The translations under genes were made by a program, and so were the position numbers. From positions 13,613 to 28,957 of the forward strand of contig JBBDRO010000062.1 of NCBI GenBank assembly GCA_040905425.1: 15,345 nucleotides of DNA, in the 5' to 3' direction. The notes beneath the pieces are model-generated. The model made no database searches, was not told where the DNA came from, and saw nothing but the letters and a program-made list of their open reading frames with translations. This DNA is from Gemmatimonadota bacterium. GTDB taxonomy: Bacteria > Gemmatimonadota > Gemmatimonadetes > Longimicrobiales > RSA9. Below, piece by piece: positions 1 through 6,431 of the stretch; position 1 is the first letter of the stretch; each line of letters begins with the position of its first letter.

Positions 1-76
1 AATCCTGTACACTTCTGGTTGTCACACCGGCCGGGCACCATCCAGCCGCCACCATCCGGCCACGCACCACCCGGGC

Positions 77-111
77 AAAAAGCGGGGCCCCCGGATTCCT
101 CCGGAGGCCCC
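77..111 (-). terminator. Rho-independent terminator closing the minus-strand envelope cluster
   Basis: Minus strand reads GGGGCCTCCGGA-GGAA-TCCGGGGGCCCC-GC-TTTTT: 12-bp stem (one G:U pair), GNRA tetraloop and U-tract, 26 nt past the stop codon at 138. Confidence 0.88.
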
Positions 112-137
112 TTTCCTTGCAGTCCTGGCGGTGTGCG

Positions 138-1406
138 TCAGACGCCGCCGCCACCCCCGCCCGTCTTGGGCTTGGGCTTGGCCTTGCGGCCGGTGCTGGA
201 AGTGCCGCTGCCCGCGGACGCGGAGCCGGAGCCCACGCTGCTGGCCGGGCGGCTCACGGAGGAACTCCCTGCGCTGCTGCTGCCGCGGTCGGCGGTGTAC
301 CCCTGACCCTTCACGGCGCGGATGCGGCGAGGACCCTGGTAGACCGACCCGTCGGCATTGTCTCCCGGCCGCTCGATGATGATGATGGGGCCGCCGTAGC
401 CGCCCCGGCCGTACCAGTTGCCGTAGCGGTCGTAGCCGTAGCCGCCGATGCCGTAGCCGCCGGTGCCGTAGCGGTAGGGATCGTAGCCGTAGCGCATGAA
501 CGGATCGTAGCCGTAGCGCATGTCCCAGCCGGCATAGCGGCCGTAGCGGTCCAGCCCGAAGCGATCGTAGTAGGCGTAGCCCTGCGCCACCTGCGGCAGC
601 ATCTCGGGCGTGTGGTCCTCCGTGCTGAGCTCGAAGACGTCGGGGTTGTCCAGCGCCACCATGACGTCCAGCACGTCCTCGTTCACGCCGGCGTCGGCTA
701 GCCGGACGAGCGTGCGGGCGTCCAGGTCGAACGCCGTCTTACCCTCCACCAGCAGGCCCTGCACCACCTCCGGCATGACGAAGCGGACGGCCTCCTCCAC
801 CTCGCGCACGCCGAGTGGAGCCGAGGCCACGGCGCGGGCCGTCTCGATGGCCAGCATGCGATTCTCCGTGCGCGGCAGCACCTCCGCCGGCGCCCAGGAG
901 GGCGCGCTCACCAGGCGATAGCGCCGCGCGCGCACGGGCACGTGATCCGCACCCGCGTCCACGGCCTGCACCTCGAGCCACTCGGTGGCCGAGGTGAGCG
1001 CCATGACGCCGCTGGTGGTGCGGATCTGCCCGGCTTCACAGGTGGACTGGCTGCTCAGGTAGAGGCGGTGGCCGTCCCCCGACCAGGCCACACTCTCCCA
1101 GCCCTCGCAACCGCCCTCGGCCACGGCGGTCAGCTCGCCATCGGCGCGCAGCTCCCGCTCGGCGCGGACCTCACCGCCGGCCAGGGTGGCCACCACGATG
1201 CCCTCGCCGTCCGTGTTCTCGCGCACGCACAGGATGGGCGTGGCCTCACCGAAGCCGGCGCCCGGCTCCACGGCAATGGCCTCCCAGCAGCCCAGCCAGG
1301 GGAGGAAGGTGCCATCGTCCGCCTGCGCCTGCGCCTCACCGGGCAGCAGCGCCAGCGAGAGGGCGGCCGCGGCGGCGATCAGGGAAGTACTCCTGGCGGT
1401 TGTCAT
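138..1406 (-). CDS. Secreted hypothetical protein (422 aa) with a Tyr/Gly-rich low-complexity region and a Ser/Gly/Lys C-terminal tail
   Basis: ATG at 1406 preceded by GAGGAGG, which overlaps the upstream stop at 1417-1419. Signal peptide MTTARSTSLIAAAAALSLALLPGEAQA. Beta-rich N-terminal domain with Cys residues, helical FDLDARTLVRLADAGVNEDVLDVM segment, then YG repeats. Confidence 0.82.
   Translation of the reverse strand: MTTARSTSLIAAAAALSLALLPGEAQAQADDGTFLPWLGCWEAIAVEPGAGFGEATPILCVRENTDGEGIVVATLAGGEVRAERELRADGELTAVAEGGCEGWESVAWSGDGHRLYLSSQSTCEAGQIRTTSGVMALTSATEWLEVQAVDAGADHVPVRARRYRLVSAPSWAPAEVLPRTENRMLAIETARAVASAPLGVREVEEAVRFVMPEVVQGLLVEGKTAFDLDARTLVRLADAGVNEDVLDVMVALDNPDVFELSTEDHTPEMLPQVAQGYAYYDRFGLDRYGRYAGWDMRYGYDPFMRYGYDPYRYGTGGYGIGGYGYDRYGNWYGRGGYGGPIIIIERPGDNADGSVYQGPRRIRAVKGQGYTADRGSSSAGSSSVSRPASSVGSGSASAGSGTSSTGRKAKPKPKTGGGGGGV
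478..522. repeat. 21-nt direct repeat with 24-nt period (MRYGYDP x2) within the YG-rich region
   Basis: ggatcgtagccgtagcgcatg at 478-498 and 502-522. Confidence 0.8.
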
Positions 1407-1416
1407 GTCTGCCTCC

Positions 1417-2214
1417 TCAGAAGCGCAGCGAGACGCCGACCGTAGTCTGCAGTCCCGCGAGATCAATGGCTTCGTAACCGTAATAATCGGGCCCCGGCGT
1501 GGCTGACGCAAAGGCGTAGCGCGCGTCCGCGTTCAGCACCACCTTCGGCATGATGGCCACGTCCAGGCCACCCGCCACGTACGCCGTGGGCGTCCAGCCC
1601 TCGGAACCCAGGAATCCGGCGATGATATCGCAGTACTGCTCGCCGTCGATGACCTCGCAGCTCTGGAAGTCCACGAATTCACCCGACTGCTGGAGCGAGT
1701 AGCGCGTCCAGCCGGCGCCCACCCCCAGGTACGGCAGATAGCGTTCCGGGACCCAGGCCAGGCGCCCGATCTGCCGACCCCGATCCCTGAAGTAGTACTT
1801 GAGACCAGCGGTCACCGGTGTGCGGCTGTACTCGGTGGTCTGCGCGATGGGCAGGCCGTCCTCCCCTTCCCAGTCCTCGAGTTCGGAATCGCGCTTTACG
1901 CTCGTGTACCCCACGCTCGCCGCGAAGTCGAGGCGGTCACTCAGGGTGACGGTCAGGTCCGCGCTCATGGCCGGGCTGTGGAAGTCGCCGCGATCCAGCG
2001 TGTGCTCGGTGGTGAGCAGCTCGAAGACGTCCCCGCCGGCCGCCGCGAACGCGAAGCCGCCCCGTATGCCGATGGATCCGGCCGGGGAGTCGAAGAGGTA
2101 ACCGTCGCTTGATTGAGCACTCAGGGGAACCGCCGGAGCCAGGAGGAGCACCACGAAAAGCGGCGCCAGGCCACGGCGGAGTGACCCGGTCGGCGGAGAT
2201 GGATGGGGCGTCAT
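1417..2214 (-). CDS. Outer-membrane beta-barrel protein (small OmpA/OmpW-like membrane barrel)
   Basis: GGAGG RBS at 2221-2225; signal peptide ending LSAQ; amphipathic strands (PYLGVGAGW, YVAGGLDVAI, VLNADARY); C-terminal beta-signal TVGVSLRF ending in Phe. Confidence 0.85.
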   Translation of the reverse strand: MTPHPSPPTGSLRRGLAPLFVVLLLAPAVPLSAQSSDGYLFDSPAGSIGIRGGFAFAAAGGDVFELLTTEHTLDRGDFHSPAMSADLTVTLSDRLDFAASVGYTSVKRDSELEDWEGEDGLPIAQTTEYSRTPVTAGLKYYFRDRGRQIGRLAWVPERYLPYLGVGAGWTRYSLQQSGEFVDFQSCEVIDGEQYCDIIAGFLGSEGWTPTAYVAGGLDVAIMPKVVLNADARYAFASATPGPDYYGYEAIDLAGLQTTVGVSLRF

Positions 2215-2325
2215 GTGTGGCCTCCCGGCTGGAATACGTCAGCGATCATTCGGGCGGGTGGCAGGGAGGGCCCGTCCACCCATGATAGTACCCGGCCCGC
2301 GGAATGTTCCCCTCCGGATGCACGC

Positions 2326-2355
2326 GATCCCCGCCACCGGAAGGTGACGGGGATC
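2326..2355 (-). other. Intergenic stem-loop without a U-tract (possible attenuator or mRNA stabiliser)
   Basis: Minus strand GATCCCCGTCACC-TTCC-GGTGGCGGGGATC: 13-bp stem with one G:U pair, 27 nt after the stop at 2383. Confidence 0.55.
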
Positions 2356-2382
2356 TGAGCACGGATCCGTTGTGACGGACGA

Positions 2383-2976
2383 TCAGTGATTGATCCGGAC
2401 CCGCGTCTGGTTGCGTGCGGCCGCGCCCACGTCGATGGGCGGGATGCGCCCACGGGCGCGGAGACGGGCGTTGGTGTTGGCCCGCAGCTCCGCCAGCCCC
2501 TCGGGCCCGCGGCGGGCCGCGGCCCGCACCTGCGCCAGCGCCTGCTCGGAGCCGGCGCCGAGCTGCACCAGGGAGGCCAGCACGGCGGTGGCCACCACGC
2601 GACCCTCGCGCGGGGTGTCCGAGTGGATGCGCAGCAATACCTCCTGGCTCACGCCGGCCTGCAGGGCGTCCGCGGCCACGGCCAGCTCACCGGCGGTGAC
2701 CAGCGCGGCGTCGCTCGAGCGGGCCATGACGCTGCGGGCGTTCAGGAGCGCCTCCAGCCGTGCCTCCACGGCCGCAGCAATGCGCTCCTCGGCCACGCCC
2801 TTGGCGCGGCCCTCGTTGATCTTGCTCTCCAGCAGCGCGGTGGGGATCTGCGCCTGGGCGGCGGCCCGCACGCTGGCTTCTATGCGCGCCGCGGCGTTGC
2901 CCTGCTGGGCCGCCAGGGCGGCCGGCATGAGCGCCAGCGCGGCGCCGAGAATCATCGTTCGATACGTCAGGGTCAT
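2383..2976 (-). CDS. Secreted Ala-rich alpha-helical hypothetical protein (197 aa)
   Basis: ATG at 2976 preceded by GGAGGAG; signal peptide MTLTYRTMILGAALALMPAALAAQ; motif LLESKINEGRAKGV; helical composition. Confidence 0.8.
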   Translation of the reverse strand: MTLTYRTMILGAALALMPAALAAQQGNAAARIEASVRAAAQAQIPTALLESKINEGRAKGVAEERIAAAVEARLEALLNARSVMARSSDAALVTAGELAVAADALQAGVSQEVLLRIHSDTPREGRVVATAVLASLVQLGAGSEQALAQVRAAARRGPEGLAELRANTNARLRARGRIPPIDVGAAARNQTRVRINH

Positions 2977-3011
2977 GGTCTCCTCCGGGTGCGTCGTCCG
3001 TCTCATCCATA

Positions 3012-3040
3012 GGACGAGCGGGGGACGGCTCGCGTCACAT
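3012..3040 (-). promoter_or_regulatory. Putative ECF sigma-dependent promoter (-35 TGTGAC, 17-nt spacer, -10 CGTC)
   Basis: ATGTGACGCGAGCCGTCCCCCGCTCGTCC, 8 nt after the sigma stop codon. Boxes and spacing are identical to the motif at 5585-5613. Confidence 0.7.
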
Positions 3041-3048
3041 CCGCGGGC

Positions 3049-3621
3049 TCAGGCCTCCGCGTCCACCGTGTCGGCCAGGGCGTCGCGCAGCGCCTCACGC
3101 GCGCGCAGAACCCGCATCTTCATGGCGCTTACCGAGGCGCCGGTGAGCTCCGCCATCTCCTGATAGGAGCGCTCCTCCCGGTGCTTCATGAGGAACGCCT
3201 CGCGGAGCTCGTCGGTCAGGGCGTCCAGCGCGGCCTGGATGCCCTGGCCCAGCTCGCGGCGCTCCAGTTCCTCACCGGGCGCTGGACGCTCGTCCACGAG
3301 CTGCACGTCATCCAGAGGCGTGGTGCGGCGCCGGATGTTCTTCAGGTGGTCCAGGCAGAGGTTGCGCACGATGCGGAAGAGCCAGACGCGGAAACGCTCC
3401 GGGTCCCGACACTCCGCCAGGCGCGTGTAGCCGCGTACGAAGCCGTCCTGCACCAGATCCGCGGCCACGTCCGGGTCAATGCGCATGCCGCGCACGAAGC
3501 GGTAGAGCGCCTCCTGGTGGCGCCGCACCAGGGTGGAGTAGGACTCGCGGTCCCCGGCCAGCACCCGGCGCACCAGCTCCCCGTCCGCGGGCGCGGCCGC
3601 GGCGAACGCGTGCACGGACAC
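3049..3621 (-). CDS. ECF RNA polymerase sigma-70 factor (about 190 aa)
   Basis: Region 2 (DGELVRRVLAGDRESYSTLVRRHQ...AADLVQDGFVRGY...FRVWLFRIVRNLCLDHLK) and region 4 (LDALTDELREAFLMKHREERSYQEMAELTGASVSAMKMRVLRAREALR). GTG start at 3621 is inferred from the GGAG RBS adjoining the upstream TAG; the longer ORF-track start lies inside the upstream gene. Confidence 0.93.
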   Translation of the reverse strand: MSVHAFAAAAPADGELVRRVLAGDRESYSTLVRRHQEALYRFVRGMRIDPDVAADLVQDGFVRGYTRLAECRDPERFRVWLFRIVRNLCLDHLKNIRRRTTPLDDVQLVDERPAPGEELERRELGQGIQAALDALTDELREAFLMKHREERSYQEMAELTGASVSAMKMRVLRAREALRDALADTVDAEA

Positions 3622-3622
3622 G

Positions 3623-4813
3623 CTACTCCACCACCAGCACGGCCACGTGGCCGCCGAAGCCGTCATCCTGACGCCCCGGCACCCCGTCGGGCACGTACCA
3701 GGTGCCGTCCTCCGTGACGAAGGCGTAGTAGTAGACGCCGGGCTCCAGCCGCACGGGCAGCACCCAGCGACCGTCCTCCGCCCGCATGGCCTGGGGCTCC
3801 CAGTCATTGAAGTCACCGGCCACGAGCGGGGCGCCCCGGGCGTCATCCCGGTCCAGCGCGATCACCGCCACGCCGTCCTCGTAGCTGGCCGGCACGGGCG
3901 CGGCGGGCGCCGGCGGGCCCTGTAGAAGCACGGACAGGCCCAGGCTCCATGAGGTGGTGCCGCTGGTCAGGTAGAGGGGATCGAAGACGGCGTGGCGCAC
4001 CGAGGCCGTGAGCGCGGCGCGCTCCACCACGTCCAGGCGTCCGCCCGCGGCCCACGCCATCTCCTCCAGGCCGTCCTCCAGCCAGCGGCCGACGCTGGCC
4101 CACGCCAACAGCGGCCCGCTCATCCCCGCCGCGGTGAGGCCCAGGTAGGGGTAGCCGCCCTCCTCGGCCGCGTAATGGCGCGCCTCGGCCGAGACGCTCA
4201 GCGCGGGCAGCGGCGAGGCGCTCACCTGCGCGTGCAGTTGGGCCACGTCCCGGTCGGTGGCGTCTCCGCCAAAGTCACTGTGATAGCGGGCCGCGCCGAC
4301 GCGCAGCTCAGCGCCCCAGCCGGTCCGATCGTAGGCCACGAGCGGCATGGCCTCGGCCTTCAGCCCCATGCCCGCGGGCACGGTGGTCTCCGTTACAGGA
4401 TCGCTGCCCGGCCGTCCGGGCAGGCCGGGTAGCGGGCTGTCCGTGGTGGTGGTGGTAACCGACCCCTGCAGGAAGAGCTCGCCCGCCAGGTCCACACCGA
4501 AGCGGAATGCTCGCTCGCCGGTCTGCAGCCGCAGGTTGCCGGTGGCCAGGCCCCAGGGGGCGTCCCCATCGTCCATGGGCAGCCCGCCGTAGATCCCCAG
4601 CCAGGTGGCTCCGTTCAGGTAGCGCAGGCCGCCGAGCGCGGTGGCGCTGGCGTCCGCGGCGGGGCTGGCGTCGAAGCGGAGCTGGCCGCCCTGGGCGTCC
4701 AGGCGCCACTCCTGCGCGCCGAGACCGGCGGGCGCCGCGAGGACGAGGGCGGCCGCGCACGCGGTCGCGAGCGCGCGGCGCGCCGAAGCGGCACGTGGCT
4801 GGAAACGCCTCAC
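3623..4813 (-). CDS. Secreted protein with a beta-barrel-like N-terminal region and a C-terminal CBM48/AMPK-beta-type glycogen-binding domain
   Basis: GTG start overlaps the upstream TGA (GTGA 4810-4813); signal peptide ending GLGAQ; many alternating amphipathic strands; Pro-rich linker PPAPAAPVP; CBM motifs VAGDFNDW, LEPGVYYYAFV, DGTW, DDGFGG. Confidence 0.82.
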   Translation of the reverse strand: MRRFQPRAASARRALATACAAALVLAAPAGLGAQEWRLDAQGGQLRFDASPAADASATALGGLRYLNGATWLGIYGGLPMDDGDAPWGLATGNLRLQTGERAFRFGVDLAGELFLQGSVTTTTTDSPLPGLPGRPGSDPVTETTVPAGMGLKAEAMPLVAYDRTGWGAELRVGAARYHSDFGGDATDRDVAQLHAQVSASPLPALSVSAEARHYAAEEGGYPYLGLTAAGMSGPLLAWASVGRWLEDGLEEMAWAAGGRLDVVERAALTASVRHAVFDPLYLTSGTTSWSLGLSVLLQGPPAPAAPVPASYEDGVAVIALDRDDARGAPLVAGDFNDWEPQAMRAEDGRWVLPVRLEPGVYYYAFVTEDGTWYVPDGVPGRQDDGFGGHVAVLVVE

Positions 4814-5532
4814 GTCTCGACACCTCGCTCGACCACGGCCACGCGGCTGTTCACGCCGCCGAAGCCGTCATCGACCTGCTCCGCCATCGGATCGGTGACC
4901 CAGGCGCCGTCCACCACGAAGGCGTACTCGTGGACGCCGGCGTCCAGGGGGACCACCACGGTCCACACGCCCGGCGCATTCTCCACGAGCTGGAGGCTGG
5001 GCTGCCAGTCGGTGAAGTCGCCGGCCAGCGCCACGCTGCCGGCTTCGGGGGCGTCCAGACGGAAGTGCACCCGCACGGGACCCGGCACCTGGCTGCCGCT
5101 CACCACCGTGCCGCCCTGCTGGACCGGGAAGGCCGCGTCGACCGTGGATGCCGGATCGCCGCCACGCGGCAGGATCAGCACCACCGCCAGCAGCGCGGCC
5201 GCCGCCATGGCGTAGCCGGGCCGTAGCGTGACCTGACGCGGTCGCCAGAGCCAGCGCACCATGGAAGCGACGTCCCCCTTGCCGTGCGCGGCGCGGGCAG
5301 CATCCTCCGCGGGCGCCTCCACCGCCTCATCCGCGGTTGCCTCCCAGGGGGTGCGCACCTCGGCGATGCGGTCCATAACGCCTGCGGTCATGTCCGGCGC
5401 CGGTTCATCCGGCAGGGTTTCGAGGGAGGTCCGGATGGCGCGCTCGTAGGCGGCCAGCGCCGTCCGCTCGGCCTCGTCGAGGTCCGCGCGCGGCAGGCTG
5501 CCGTCCAGACAGGCGTGGATTCTGTCGTTCAT
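4810..5532 (-). CDS. Putative transmembrane anti-sigma factor with a C-terminal CBM48/AMPK-type glycogen-binding domain (240 aa)
   Basis: N-terminal anti-sigma-like start RIHACLDGSL followed by a helix and APDMTAGVMDRI; one TM helix (YAMAAAALLAVVLIL); CBM motifs VHFRLDAPEAGSVALAGDFTDW, LDAGVHEYAFVVDGAWVTDP, DDGFGGVNS; same operon as the ECF sigma. Confidence 0.8.
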   Translation of the reverse strand: MNDRIHACLDGSLPRADLDEAERTALAAYERAIRTSLETLPDEPAPDMTAGVMDRIAEVRTPWEATADEAVEAPAEDAARAAHGKGDVASMVRWLWRPRQVTLRPGYAMAAAALLAVVLILPRGGDPASTVDAAFPVQQGGTVVSGSQVPGPVRVHFRLDAPEAGSVALAGDFTDWQPSLQLVENAPGVWTVVVPLDAGVHEYAFVVDGAWVTDPMAEQVDDGFGGVNSRVAVVERGVET

Positions 5533-5584
5533 GCTCGCCTTCTTCCACAGCGGGGGTGCTCCGTGCATACCCCTTCATGGATAC

Positions 5585-5613
5585 GGACGATTCAGGTGGT
5601 CCAGGCGTCACAT
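5585..5613 (-). promoter_or_regulatory. Putative ECF sigma-dependent autoregulatory promoter (-35 TGTGAC, 17-nt spacer, -10 CGTC)
   Basis: ATGTGACGCCTGGACCACCTGAATCGTCC upstream of the anti-sigma/CBM/sigma operon; matches 3012-3040. Confidence 0.72.
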
Positions 5614-5667
5614 GGGCTCGGGCGGTCTCCCGGCGGGGCACCGGGGGCGCGCCGTGACTGCCGGCGC

Positions 5668-6375
5668 TCAGGCCACGGCCGCCAGGCGGTCATTCACCAC
5701 GCGGAAGCGCTGGCGCATGTCCTCGGCCAGCGTGTCCACCCGGGCGTTCAGGTCACCCACGCCGATCTCGGTGCCGCGCGTGCGCGTGTCGATCTGCTCC
5801 GTGAGTTCCCGGAGCAATGTCATTTCATTGGTCAGCCGGTGGAGCCGGTGGTCCACGCGCTGCTCGAAGAACTCCATGCGGATGGTGAGCGTGCGGAACT
5901 GGTCATCCACGCCGATGAAGCGCTCCTCGATGGAGAGGAGGCGCGTGTCGATGGCGTCGAAGCGCTCGTCCACCGCCTGGAAGCGCGCGTCGATGGCGTC
6001 GAAGCGCTCGTCCACCGCCTGGAAGCGCGCGTCGATGGCGTCGAAACGCTCGTCCATCGCCTGGAAGCGCGCGTCGATGGCGTCGAAACGCTCGTCCACC
6101 GCCTGGAAGCGCGCGTCGATGGCGTCGAAACGCTCGTCGATGGCCCGAAAGCGCTCGCGCGTTTCTACGATGAACGCTTGGAGCGCCTCGGCCAGGAGTT
6201 CCTGGCGCGGCTCGAACCGCTCCTGGCGCTCCTCCAGCCGCTCGATGCGCTCGGCGATCCCGGCAATCTGGCCGCCCAGTTCGCCAAACTGCGCCTGGCT
6301 CAGCTCGAAATAGCGCTCCATACGGGCAAAGCCCGCGTCCATGCGAGCGAAGCCGGCGCGCGTTTCCTCATCCAT
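5668..6375 (-). CDS. Heptad-repeat coiled-coil hypothetical protein (235 aa)
   Basis: Near-continuous heptads including repeated RFDAIDA/RFQAVDE; no signal peptide or TM segment; fills the intergenic gap without overlap. Confidence 0.78.
   Translation of the reverse strand: MDEETRAGFARMDAGFARMERYFELSQAQFGELGGQIAGIAERIERLEERQERFEPRQELLAEALQAFIVETRERFRAIDERFDAIDARFQAVDERFDAIDARFQAMDERFDAIDARFQAVDERFDAIDARFQAVDERFDAIDTRLLSIEERFIGVDDQFRTLTIRMEFFEQRVDHRLHRLTNEMTLLRELTEQIDTRTRGTEIGVGDLNARVDTLAEDMRQRFRVVNDRLAAVA
5941..6150. repeat. Tandem repeat, 5 x 42 nt (14-aa double heptad)
   Basis: Units start at 5941, 5983, 6025, 6067 and 6109; consensus gcgcgcgtcgatggcgtcgaaRcgctcgtccaccgcctggaa; the last unit is diverged at its end. 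Confidence 0.93.
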
Positions 6376-6431
6376 CCGCCGAATCTAACGCGCCGTGCGG
6401 GGCGCATCCATGGCTGAATGGGACACCGCCC

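Noticed and set aside
1..27. Minus-strand TGTGAC near the window start as a third ECF promoter copy
   Set aside because: The following bases (AA, not GC) and the position 17 nt downstream (ATT, not CGTC) do not match the motif.
3622..3846. N-terminal extension of the sigma factor suggested by the ORF track
   Set aside because: It overlaps the CBM48-coding end of the upstream gene; an RBS-supported GTG at 3621 gives a normal-sized ECF.
5941..6150. Regular repeats as a possible CRISPR array
   Set aside because: Units are contiguous with no unique spacers, are a multiple of 3 and encode heptads in frame; no cas genes are present.
5284..6417. Plus-strand ORFs of 377 and 260 aa with repeats
   Set aside because: Antisense readings of the coiled-coil repeat that overlap the anti-sigma gene or its promoter; the minus-strand frame fits the gene layout.
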